A DNA stretch of 64,000 nucleotides. Source: Blastocladiella emersonii ATCC 22665 (Eukaryota > Fungi > Blastocladiomycota). Shown here piece after piece: positions 1 to 10,815 of this stretch. How positions within the stretch are numbered: the first letter of the stretch is position 1; each line of letters begins with the position of its first letter. The stretch is taken from the NCBI GenBank assembly GCA_025594325.1, contig JANHCV010000004.1, positions 868,001-932,000 on the forward strand, given 5' to 3'. The notes under the pieces were generated by a model that was given only the letters and a program-made list of their open reading frames with translations, ran no database searches and was not told the origin of the DNA. Position numbers and translations under genes: made by a program.

Positions 1-260
1 GCCCTTGTCGAGCTTGGCCTTGATCTCGCGGATCGAGATGGGCCGCGCAATCACCTCGTAGTAGTCGGGGTAGTGGGTCTTGGACGGCAGCACCGCGAAC
101 AGCTTGGCGAGGAGCCGCCCGCTACCGTCGGGGATGGTGTGAGCCGGGCGTGACGACGACGGCGACGACAACGCCGGCGGCGGCAGCAGCAAACGTACTC
201 GGCGCTCTTTGCGCCGCGGACCGTGTCCAGCAGCGTCTTGAGGGCCTCGCGGAGGACCAT
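1..260 (-). CDS. Bromodomain protein (RSC1/2/4 or polybromo-like), 5' part only; runs off the window start
   Basis: Splicing GA|gtacgt(197)...tag(122)|C gives MVLREALKTLLDTVRGAKSADGRLLAKLFAVLPSKTHYPDYYEVIARPISIREIKAKLDKG, with the F-x2-LP-x5-PDYY-x2-I-x2-P bromodomain ZA loop. An upstream ATG at 533 is an alternative start. Confidence 0.8.
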
Positions 261-633
261 GGTGGCGGCGAGCTCGATGCGGACGGGGATCGCGATGCGG
301 GAGCGGGAGCGGCGGCGAGTGCAGCGAGTTAGGGGGGCGACGCCGGCCGGAAACGCGCGAGTGCGGGGGGCGGGGGTCGGAGGGGACGGGAGTGAGAGGA
401 CCCGCCCGTCCGCGCCTGCGTCCGCGGCCAGCTGCCGACGCGTGTGTTTGAGCCGCGCTGCCCGCCGCCGATCTCGCTTCCTCAGCGCGAATTTCTCTCT
501 GACTTTTGGTCGTAGGGCAGCAAGGTCTGGCATTCAATCAAAATGGAGGATATAGAGAGGGGGAGCGGGGCGGTAAGAGGGAGTGTATGGCCTCGCCGAC
601 GCGAGCGAACGAGCGAAGGTGGGATCCGTGTCC

Positions 634-1301
634 TTAGTGCGGCTTGGGCTTGAATCCTATGCTTTCCGGCGCGTGCGGGAGGGTCAGCATCCTCGAAAAG
701 CAGCAGGGCGGAGTGCGGGAACGGACCATCAACGGCCATGTTGCGCGTCACGCTCGGGATCGTCACGGTCATGCCGTCGAGCTCCTTGCACATCTGCACC
801 TGGCACCCGAGCCGCGAGCTACACGCACACACAGCACCCTCCGTCAGCATCATACCCAGTCGCGCAGCACGCGCAGGCATACGTGTCGGTCAGCCCGAAC
901 GCGAGATCGAGCATATCGTTCTCCTCGTCGGTCGGCTCCGGGATCGCGTCGTAGAACTTGGGCTCGACAATGACGTGGCACGTCGAGCACGCCAGCGACC
1001 CCTCGCACGCGCCCTCGAGCTCAATGTCGTTGGAGTGCGCCAGGTCCAGCAGCGAGTCGCCCTCGTCCGCGCCCACTGTGAACTTGTCGCCGTCGCTCGT
1101 CACAAACGTCACCGAGTACGGGTGGTCCACGCCGCTCGCCTTCTTGCCGTGCGCATGCATCGCCGACGTCGAGAACCGTGCCGACCACTGTGGCCGCGCG
1201 GCGGCAGAGCGCATCATCGTGGGGGCCGCGGTCGCGGTCACCGTCGTCGCCGCACGCATGGCGGGGGCCGAGAGCCGGGTCAGAGAGCGCAGCATGTTCA
1301 T
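634..1301 (-). CDS. YAH1: Mitochondrial adrenodoxin-type [2Fe-2S] ferredoxin, 3 exons
   Basis: Arg/Ala-rich presequence, EGACEGSLACSTCHVI cluster motif, then SRLGCQ after intron 1 and a final exon GFKPKPH* (stop 634-636). Confidence 0.95.
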
Positions 1302-1435
1302 GGTGTTAATTCGAGTCTTGTTGTCCCGTCCTCAAGAAGAGAGAGGAGATCGGAGAACCCCGCGGGGCTCGGCGCCGATCAGGCCGTTGACCGACCATCA
1401 TGTGAGCCTCCCTCCCTGCTTCCCCTCCACCCACG

Positions 1436-2463
1436 ATGCCGCTCATCATCCTGTCCGGCTTCCCATGCAGCGGTAAATCACTTCGCGCAACGCAGCTGCG
1501 CGCGCACTTTACCTCGCCTCCGCCCACGGACACGCCGTCCTGGCCGACCGAGGTCCACGTCGTCGACGACGCCTCGCTGCGCATCACGCACGCCGACTAC
1601 GATGCGCCCGCCTCCGAGAAGCGCGCGCGCGCCGCCATGCTGTCGGCCGTCGAGCGCCTGCTGTCCAAGGACGCGCTCGTCATCGCCGACGGCATGAACT
1701 ACATCAAGGGGTTCCGGTACCAGCTCTACTGTATCGCGCGCGCGATTGGCACGCCGCACTGCGTCGTACGTTCTTCTTGAGCGTGCAGATTGGCCAGTGA
1801 CTGATCTTTGTGTGAGGGTAGGTGCACTGCGGAGCCCCCGTCGACCTCGCGCGCCAGTGGAACGCTGACCGACCGGCCGATGCGACCTACGCCTCGCAAA
1901 CGTACGCATGTCTTCATCCTCGCTGGTGGCCCGATCCTCACCCGTGTGCCCGCTAGCTTCGAGGAGCTCGTCACGCGGTTCGAGGAGCCCGACGGCAAGA
2001 ACCGGTGGGACGCGCCGCTCTTCATCGCCATGCACTCGGACGAGTCGCTGCCGCTGCAGCTGATCGTCGACGCCATCGTGCACCGCAAGGCGCCGACGCC
2101 CAACATGTCGACCGTCGTGGTACGCGCACTTGCGCCCCACACCCTCATCAGTACCTCACCCAACGCGTCCCGCCCGTATAGAAACCGCTGAGCGACGCCA
2201 ACTACGTGTTCGAGATGGACAAAGCGACGACCGCCTTAGTCACCGCGTACTTTGCCGCGCAGAACGCGCACCCGCCCGGCTCGTCCATCACGCTGCTCGA
2301 CTGCGCGACCAAGCTGCGGCTGCCGGGGCACAAGCTGTCGCTGCCGCAGCTCAAGGCCCTGCGCCGCCAGTTCCTGTCGCTCAACAACCAGCGCACCGTC
2401 ACCAACGTCAGCAAGATCAAGGAGCTGTTTGTCAGCTATCTCCACGACAATGTCAATCACTAG
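1436..2463 (+). CDS. KTI12: Elongator-associated PSTK-like protein Kti12, 4 exons
   Basis: MPLIILSGFPCSGKS P-loop, DGMNYIKGFRYQLYC, EEPDGKNRWDAPLF and LRRQF motifs, joined by GTACG...AG introns. Confidence 0.93.
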
Positions 2464-2478
2464 TAGTAGACACGTTGT

Positions 2479-4038
2479 TTACATCCACGCCGACCGCGGC
2501 CCCGTCGGACTGCCCGCGCGCTCGACGGCGCTCCGCACGCGCCCGCGCAGCGCCTCGACCCGCGCGCACAGCGCCTGGTACTCGCCGAGAAACTCACCGA
2601 GGTCGTCCTTGCTGCCGTTGCCCGTCTGCGGCTCTTCCGCTGCTGCCACGGGCGGCGGCGGCTGAGCGACCACAGGCACGGGCGGTGGTGGCGCGGCCAT
2701 AGCCGCCGCGAGCTTCGCCTGCATCGCCTCGAGCATATTCCTAAGCGCGGCGTTCTCAAGCGCGAGCGCGACCGCGGCCTTACGCTGTCCCTCGGCGTCC
2801 GCGGCCGCGTCGACGGCGACGTTCGCGGTACACGTATTCCGGATGGCCCTGGCCCTTGCCGCGTACCGGAGCGTGCTGACGGCCTCGCCGTAATCGGCCT
2901 CGTCCGCGGACACACACGCGAGCATCGCGGTCCTCGAGTTCCCGCCGAGCGCGGGCTGCAGGAGCCGCGTGAGCTTCGAGTCGCGATACGGGACATGCGC
3001 GGGCGTTTCGGACGCCAGCGCGTGGATCACCTGGCCGAGGACGAGGAGGCCCTGGTTGATGGAGATCCCCTCGCGGCGGCGGTCGCCCGCGGTCCGCGCC
3101 TTGTTGACGCGCTCGGACCCGGCGAGGTCGACGAAGTGGAACCGCGACTCGAGCCGCGTGACCGCGGTGCGCCGTTGGGACAGCGTCAGCGTCACGATGG
3201 CGTGCGACCGCGACGACCGCTGGTTCATGGCCGTCGACCCCGTGCTGCGCGCCGCGAAGCCGCGGTCCAGGAGACGCAAGCAGTCCGCGACGCCCGCGAC
3301 CGCCGTGGACGTGGCCCCCGCGACGGACACGCTGCCAAGGGCGTCCTCGCGCAGCGGGAGCCCGCGTGCGGGGGCGCCGGCTGGGCGCAGCAGGTCCATG
3401 ATCTCCTCATTGTAGATCTCGACCATGGCCAGCGACGCCTCAAACTCGGCCGTGTCCGCCGAGGCGAGCCGCGCGAAGATAGCCTCGAGCGCGCGCGGCA
3501 CCATGCCGTCGGCGCCGCCGCGGTCAGTCCCCATCGTGTACGTCTTGCCGCTGCCCGTCTGCCCGTACACGAACACGGTGCAGTTGAACCCGGCCACGAA
3601 CGAGTCGACGAGCGGCGCGACTGTGGCCGCGTAGACCGCCGCCTGCGTCGCGTCCTCGGCAAAGACTTGGTCGAACGTGAACTTTTGCGCGACCGCCGCG
3701 GACGACGAGGTGGTTGAGGAGGACGACGTGGCGAGGCTCGACGTGGACCCGAGCGCGCTGTCGCACTCGTGCAGCGGCGTCGATGACGCGAGACTTGACT
3801 CGGAGCCCCAGCACCGCTCCGAGATGGCCGGCGTCCGGCTCAAAACGGCCACGGTGTGCGGGTCCTCGACCTGCAGGGATCGCGGGCCAGGCGCCGCGGC
3901 GGCGGAGCGGGGCCGCCCGCCATCGTCGCGGGTTGGCGAGGACGCCGGCCGCTGTTTCGGCGGGCGCACGCGGATCGAGACGTGGACGCGGGACTTGATG
4001 GCCGCCGCGGTGGCCGCCGTGTCGGATGGCGTGGTCAT
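2479..4038 (-). CDS. Kinesin motor, kinesin-4 (KIF4/KIF21/KIF27)-like, short tail, intronless
   Basis: VHVSIRVRP, YGQTGSGKT, SSRSHA, DLAGSER, REGISINQGLL and HVPYRDSKLTRLL. The start may be 4065. Confidence 0.9.
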   Translation of the reverse strand: MTTPSDTAATAAAIKSRVHVSIRVRPPKQRPASSPTRDDGGRPRSAAAAPGPRSLQVEDPHTVAVLSRTPAISERCWGSESSLASSTPLHECDSALGSTSSLATSSSSTTSSSAAVAQKFTFDQVFAEDATQAAVYAATVAPLVDSFVAGFNCTVFVYGQTGSGKTYTMGTDRGGADGMVPRALEAIFARLASADTAEFEASLAMVEIYNEEIMDLLRPAGAPARGLPLREDALGSVSVAGATSTAVAGVADCLRLLDRGFAARSTGSTAMNQRSSRSHAIVTLTLSQRRTAVTRLESRFHFVDLAGSERVNKARTAGDRRREGISINQGLLVLGQVIHALASETPAHVPYRDSKLTRLLQPALGGNSRTAMLACVSADEADYGEAVSTLRYAARARAIRNTCTANVAVDAAADAEGQRKAAVALALENAALRNMLEAMQAKLAAAMAAPPPPVPVVAQPPPPVAAAEEPQTGNGSKDDLGEFLGEYQALCARVEALRGRVRSAVERAGSPTGPRSAWM

Positions 4039-4323
4039 GGCTGTTGCTGTTGATGATACATTCATTTGCTTTCTTGGTTGTGGAGACCGGGCGTGTGACG
4101 CACACGGCTGAGCAGCTTGACACCTCATCTCGTACGAGCGATACAGTACGAATGGGAGACACGGAGCCGGCCAGTCGGTCGCTGACTCCACGGCCTTCTC
4201 CGTCGCGCGAGCCTTGGCCACCGAGCAGGCAGGTCCGCGTCTCCCACCCCGTCACGAAAGAACCATTGAGGGAGTACGTTTAGTAGTATAATATAATCCA
4301 GTCTCTTCCCAAACCAACGAGCG

Positions 4324-5834
4324 CTAGCTATTCGGCGTCCACAGCCGGCCGCGCCCTCGCCCGCTCGCGTTGGACCGGGACCGCCGGATCTCGCCTCCAC
4401 CGCTTCCGCTATTCGCTGGTCCGCCGCGGCCCTGCTGCTGTTGGGACTGCTGCGGTGGCGGGAACCGGTTGGCCTGGTGGTGCGCGCCCCCGCGTCCGCC
4501 GTTACTGGCGTAGTATGGCGGCGCGCCACCGCCGAGCTGCATCCCAGCCATCTGCGCGTCGATCCCGGCAAACTGCTGGGCCGCGCCACCGGGCGAGACC
4601 GCGCCGCGCGTGGGCGACGCGTTCCGGGATGCGTTGCGCGACGCAGCGCGCGACGACGGCCCGCTGTACGCCTGGGGCGGGATCGCGACCCCCACCGACG
4701 GCGGCGTCGTGTACCCGGACCTGCTGGCGGCGGCGCCGGGTCCACCGCCGAGGAGGACGAACGGAGCGGGCCCATTGCGCGGGTTCGGGACGAGCGGCAT
4801 GGGCGGCGGGGTCGGCGGCGCGGGCAGGTTGAGTGCGCGCAGCTCGTCGATGGACGGGGGTAACGGGATCGGGTACTGCGGGAGGCCGGGCACAGTGACG
4901 ACGCCGATGGCGGGGGCGAGCGCGGGCGCGGTCGCGGGTTTGCCGTTCTTGCGCGGGAGGAGCGAGGCGGGGACTGCGACGTGCGACGGGACGGGGACCG
5001 CGATCACGTTGGCGGGGTGGGCGTAGTGCGCGTGCGGTGGTGGCGGCGGGTTCGGGTGGCGCGCGTAGCCCTGGTATTGCGGGTACTGGTGGTGGTGCTG
5101 GTACCCGTACGCGCCGTGCGGCAGGCGGCGGTACTCGGACATGTCCTCGTCGTCGCCGTAGTTGGAGTTGGGCTTGCTGCGCGGGCGCGACGTGGACGCC
5201 GAAGCGGAGGCCGGCGCCGAAGAGGTCGGCGTCACGGCCGTCTCGCTCCTGCTGCTGCTGCCGTCGGCCGCCGCCGCGTCGTGGTTGGACGCCGACGAGC
5301 CGGGCCGCTTCCCGCTGGTAGCGGCGCCGTTGCTCGCGGCGGCAGGCTCCGCGTTACCACCGTCCGCGGCAGCCGCGGTACTTGAGCTGCCACCGTCGGC
5401 CGACCCAAAGATACGCTCGCGCGCGCGCTGGTACTCCTCCTCCTTTTGCCGCGCGCGCGTCTCGAGCTCCTTGCTCGACAGCGCGCCCTTGGCCTGGGCG
5501 CGGCGGTCGGCCGTGTTGCGGCGCTTCAGGATCTTGACGGCGGCGGGCGCCGCGGCCACGTTGGCCTGCTCGACGGGCACGATGACGGGGCCGTCCGAGT
5601 TGCTACACGCGGCAAGCGGGAGGTCGGGTTGGGTGAGCACTCGCTGTGTGGTGCGGGGGTGGTGAAAGGGCGTACGCTTGGGCCCACAGCTCGGCGTTCT
5701 CGTCGCGCTTCTACAATGTGCGTGGTGTGAGCGGATGGCGGGGACCGGCGAGCAAGGCCAGCGCGGCGAGTGCGTACAGCGGGCGCGGGCGGCGCGAGGT
5801 CCGCGAACGGGTCCTCGGCAATGACCTTGGACAT
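4324..5834 (-). CDS. SUZ-domain RNA-binding protein with Pro/Gly/Gln-rich tail, 2 exons
   Basis: VKILKR...QKEEEYQRARERIFGS SUZ signature. Exon 1 (MSKVIAEDPFADL...) is joined by a gtacgc intron at about 5675-5603. Confidence 0.75.
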
Positions 5835-6288
5835 GATGACGGTGCTCGAGGCGGACGAGGTTGAGATCGACCGAGATCGAGAGGGGGTGACAGGGCACGT
5901 CTCAAGGGTGGTAGAGTTCCTGAGCCGGGCGGATGAAGGCTCAACAGCCGCGACTTGGCGGGTACACGAGAGAGAGCGCGGATGTTCCGTTGCAGCCGGT
6001 CGTCACTTTGCCGAGAGTGCGAGCAGCGTGCCGTCGGGGGAGAGGGCATGGAAGGAGAGCGGAGGGAAGCAGGAAACGTAACGGCGGCGGTCACGCGCAC
6101 TGCTTGCTCGCCGTTGCGACCCGCCCTCGTTCGTCGCCGGGAACGGCACCGTGTCTCGCGGCGTGGCACCTTCCCTCAGCCGCAGGTGCGACGGCGATGG
6201 CGGGAAATGAATGAAGAGTGCGTGCTATATATGTACTGATTCAAGGGGGGGGGGGGGCAAATAATGTGCAAATGCTTTGGTGCAGCGC

Positions 6289-7508
6289 TCAGTCGAGCTG
6301 CTCGATCTTGGCCCAGGCGTCGCGGAGCACGGCAAACTTGGCGGGGAGGCCGACCTTGATGCGGACGTGGGTCGGGCGCTCGTACCCGTACTCGCCGGCG
6401 CGCACGGGGGTCCCCGCCAGGCGCGCGGCCTCGACCAGCACGTCGGCGACGCGCGCGTCGTGCACGTCGATCCAGATCCACGACAGGAACGACTGCCCGA
6501 GGAACGTCCACGGCTGGGTGCCGAACTTGGCCGCGTGGTCGGCCGACACCTTGGTGAGGGCCGCAATCTGGTCGGCGCGCCACTGCGTCGTCGACGTCCA
6601 CGTCTCGTGCAGGAACGCGTCGTCGCGCACCACCGCCGACACGAAGGGGAGGGCGAGCGAGTTGACGGACCACGGGACCTGGTGCTTCTTGAGCATGGCC
6701 GTGTGGTCGGCCGTCGGCGCCACAATCGAGCCGATGCGCAGGCCCGTGCAGCACCACAGCTTGGTCCAGCTGTGGATCACGTACACCTTGACGTCGCGCT
6801 GCGCGAGCATCTCGGCGACAAACGCGTGCTGCGACGTCATGGACTGGGCGCGCCAGTCGGCCGAGTGCCACGGCTGCATCGACTCGTCGAGCACCACCAC
6901 GCCGCCGTCCTCGACGTTGGCGCGGATCCACGCCTTGAGCGCGTCAATGTCCATGTACTCGCCCGTCGGGTTGTTCGGGTTGACGATGCACGTCATGGTC
7001 GCCGGCTGCGCCGCCGTCGGTGCCAGGATCGTGCGCTCGTTGGTCGTCGCCGAACGCTGGTACTCCATGTACTGCACGTCCCACGGACCCGCCTTCCACG
7101 TCCCCTGCGGCGACAGCCGCACCACCAGGTCAATCAGCTCCGACGCGCCGTTGCCCATGAGCAGCCGCCCGTGGTTCGCCGCGAACTCGTCGTCCTCGGG
7201 CCACAGGAACCGCGCCAGGTCCGACTTGGCCGGCTCCTGGTCCGCCGGCGGGTAGTGGTGGATGTTGTGGATCTGGTGGTGCAGGCAGGGAGCGTCAGCG
7301 CGGCTTCTCGGGAGGCCCCCAGCAGCGAGAACTGGCGTACCGACTCGGCCACGGCGTCCAGGCCCGACTGCGGCGTGCCGAAGCAGTTGGTCGTGACGGA
7401 AAAGTCCTCGACGAACGTCTCAATCTTGGACCACTCCTGCCCGCCGTGGTACTGCTGCGTCTTGCTGTCCCACGGGTTGAGCTTGGTGGTGGCGTTCGGG
7501 CTGACCAT
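6289..7508 (-). CDS. PLP-dependent fold-type I enzyme, CobD (threonine-phosphate decarboxylase)/HisC-like, 2 exons
   Basis: N-terminal HGG...DFSVTTN, GNGASELI, NPNNPTG, LDES and SWTKLWCCTGLRIG (PLP lysine). One gtacgc intron at about 7335-7275. Confidence 0.8.
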
Positions 7509-8267
7509 GGTTGATTGATACGTTGCGTCGTTCTATGACGTGCTGCTTCTGAGAACTCTACCCGGAGGAGAGAGGGCGTCGGCGGCGAACCTTGGGGCGT
7601 GGGTGGCGGGGCGGCGAGGGGAGGAGGGGCACGCACACGTTTCATTTCGGTGGTCGACAGGTGTGGCAGCACGCTTGCCGCACGCCTGAGCCACCACGCC
7701 GCCATGAGATCACTTCTGGTGCCGCGACTCCTGCTCTCTCCCTCTTCGCCCTTGCGCCCGAATGAAAACCGATGATGATGCAGTACTTGATGAACTGAAC
7801 TGCTGAGGCGCGTGAAGGCGCGTTCACCGGCTCGTGAGATCCGCGGCGCGCTCCCCGATCTTGTGGACTTGCCTCGCCGAGTGCGACCCGTGGATTGCTC
7901 CATCTTGCGAGCCTACGTGAACTCGCTGTGGGCACGCAAGAGAACTGACAACCGCGCGCCGGCCGGCAGTTCCTCCTCAGTCTTCTCGGCTGTGACCCGG
8001 CGACACATGCTGAGGACCTTCGCCCGCGACACGTGCGTGGACGGTCCCGCGCCCGTGGTTACGCGCCCAACGACCCGAATCACGTCCGTGACTCGGCCGT
8101 TCGGCCACGGCGCGAGTGCGTGAGTTGGCCGTCGCGTCGTTGTGACGGAGATGGTTGTGTTCCTCGCCGGCTTCCTCCGCCGCTTCGAGCTCACGGCGCC
8201 GGAGAACGCAGCAAGGCCGCGCCTCGGGACGCACCGCGCTACCCGATGCTGTGCCACCATATCGCTC

Positions 8268-9606
8268 TCATTCTCCACACGCGTTCGACGGATCATCTTG
8301 ACGCAACGCGCGCGAGTTAATCCGCCGCAGCGGGACGCGTAGGTCGCCCGCCTGCGTGATGAGCGCGGCCGCGCTACGACTTGCTTGTTCCCATTCACAC
8401 AACTCAATGTCAAGCGACGTAACGAAAGCGAAGCAACAACACATCGCATGTGTCAAACCATCCATCAGTAGCCCGGCGTATCAGACATGATAGGCGAAGC
8501 GTACGCTACGAGCTCAACGCGCAGGTGAGTCGCGCCGAGCGCCTCCTTCATCTGCTCGATACTCGGGGGCACAGAGAACTTCTTGCTGTACCCGAGGAAG
8601 CGCGGCTGGCCGCCGGCGACGCGTTCGTCGCACTCCGATACGAGGTCAGCGCGCTCGCACGCGCTGTCGAGCAGGAACCACTCGTCCATGGGGATGGCGA
8701 GCTGGGCGAACGTCGCGTACTTCCACGCACACGCAGCCTGCTCGTTATTCGAGTCACTGGTGGGGGCCGAGCGGTGGCGAACAATAACCGCCGCGACATG
8801 CAGGTTGCTGGAGCGTGGGCGTCAGTGTTGGGAGGGAACGTGAACACGCAGGAAGGGGGGAGAGGATCACGTACAACTTCCACGTCTCCGGTTGAAGCTC
8901 GATAGAGCGGAACGCCTGCAAGTCATTCATGGTCCCAGGCGTGTCCGCGTCGAGCTCGTCGTGCGGGTCGCGCACCGCGATGAACGCGGCGGGCATGCGC
9001 CAGGTAGACGTCCCACTGGCGACAAACCCGTTCAGGGTACACTGGGCAAGCTGCTCCGTCGCCGAACGGTGCGACGAGACGCGGTTGTACTTCCTGCCCG
9101 AGTCTGGGCCCGCCGGGATTTTGATGCCGAAAGTGGCCGTCGGCGCAGCTCTGCAGAATGCATCGTAGATGTGCACGACGGGACGGAAATGAACTAGTCT
9201 CTCGCGGAGCATGAGCACCGACGCGTCCAGGGTCTTGAACGCGTCGAGAATCGTGTGCAGGTTGACGCCTTGAGCACTGAGGCTGATGACTTTGCCGGGC
9301 GCAAGGCCGACTGAAGGTCTAGCGAACCAGAATTCATGAGTTACGCTCGTGTGGCAGCCTGGAGATGGAGCAACGATACGCACAATGAGAATCGGCTGAC
9401 CCTCCAACCGCGACGGAGAGGTACGGCAGCAAAAGTCGCGCGGCGCCGTCAAACTTCTTGTCTTTGAGATGGCTGACCACCTCTGCAAGCGCACGGGCGG
9501 CCACCTCGGGCTCATGAAGCGAACCAGCCGCAACATTGTCGGCAGGACCGAGCTGGCTGGTCATCTCACTGAGCTGGGAGAGGGTGCGGCTGCCAGCCAT
9601 GGTCAC
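8268..9606 (-). CDS. Hypothetical spliced gene, 5' part frameshifted or mis-started
   Basis: Two consensus introns (gtacgt about 8875-8809 with a CTGAC branch site; gtacgc about 8501-8376) join ORF pieces in frame (...ETWK-FNLHVAAV...ELVA-AAALITQ...). No recognisable domain. Lower GC than neighbours. Confidence 0.4.
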
Positions 9607-9962
9607 GGCCAGCGCCGACAGCAGCGCGTCGAGGGCCGTGGTATCGTCGACGCGTTAGCCCTCGGCGATGGTGTCCGTGTTGAGGCCGGCGCGAGGTGAG
9701 ACGGCGTTGACAGAGCTATCGGCACGGTGTGACATGGTGGAGTCGTATCGATGCATAGCAGTGCTAGGCAGGATAGAGAGTGGACTCAAGGTGGTCGAAG
9801 CCGGCTGAAAGCACAGGTGTCGGTCGGTCATTCAGTTTGACAAGCCTCGCCACGAGCGAGATCGATGCGACCGTCATCAGCTGGGTGGCTGGAGCACGCT
9901 CGTGGAATGGAGAAGTACATCGGCACACTGGCGGGATTTTGTTGACGTAAATCGACCCGTAA

Positions 9963-10265
9963 ACGTGCTCGACATGCTTTTGTCTCGACCTGCTCGCCCA
10001 CGACCCAGCAACGAAGATCAAGCTGTGCAACCATATCCTGCACGCCGTTGAACAGCTGACTCCAATCCCAAAGCACTTGGGCCAGACGCAGCGCGTTCAA
10101 GGAAACGATGTGCAAGTTCCCGGTGCGTTGCAGAGGAGGCGTGTAAGCAGGTCGAGCGAGAGCAGTAAGGGAAAACCTCGAGGCGCGGGCGGCTCTCAGG
10201 ACTCGGACATTGATCCAACCAGCCGGCCACCAATGCAGGCTGTCCCGACGAACCGGGAGTGGTAA
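9963..10265 (+). pseudogene. SWIM-type zinc-finger relic
   Basis: TCSTCFCLDLLAHDPATKIKLCNHILHAV fits C-x-C-x14-C-x-H. Two in-frame TAA stops lie immediately upstream. Confidence 0.4.
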
Positions 10266-10281
10266 GCTACGGATACTAGCA

Positions 10282-10612
10282 AATAGCGGGTCGAAGGAGC
10301 GATAGTGATGTCATGGCGCGGGTGGTCACCGTGGACGCGTCGCGAAATCACGTTTTGTCTCCACTTCTTTGCGAGACGCGTAGTGCCCGCCGGCTTCGCG
10401 CTCGCGAATCATCCCCCACACCGCTCGGGTATTAACGCGCCCGTCCAAGTGACCCGTTGCCGTGTCGCGTGACCCGAGTCAACACTCGGTGCAACGGAAC
10501 TCGCGCGCGGCGCGCTCCGCGCGGCCCTCAAAAAGCGGACCGGTCCCCGGCCAGCCCCTCTCTCTCGGCCCCACATGCGATCGTCCGTCCTGCGTTGCTA
10601 CGTGTACCTAGC
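10282..10612 (+). repeat. Dispersed repeat, copy A (inverted copy at 54367-54710)
   Basis: Manual alignment to the reverse complement of 54367-54710 shows about 12 differences over a ~140-nt core (GGGTGGTCACCGTGGACGCGTCGCGAAATCACG...GTGACCCGTTGC). Weaker homology extends to AATAGCGGGTCGA and ACCTAGCT. Confidence 0.92.
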
Positions 10613-10703
10613 TTGTTCCCCGATTGGATCGGAGCAGCATTACCTAGATGTTGTTCAGCCAGAAGCCCAAGCGAGAATGGTCACACGAAAATACAAGAAA
10701 GGT

Positions 10704-10815
10704 ACATGAAAAAAAGAACATGAAAAAAAAAGAACATCAAAAGAACATCAAAAGAAAAAACATCAAAAGAAAAATATCAAAAGAAACAACATCAAAAGAA
10801 AATATCAAAAGAAGA
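10704..10815 (+). repeat. A-rich imperfect tandem repeat, unit about A(C/T)ATCAAAAGA
   Basis: About 7-8 copies of an 11-14 nt unit, directly visible. Confidence 0.85.

Noticed and set aside
10312-10460. tRNA-derived SINE or tRNA gene within the repeat
   Set aside because: An A-box-like TGGCGCGGGTGG is present only in copy A. I found no GTTCRA B box or cloverleaf.
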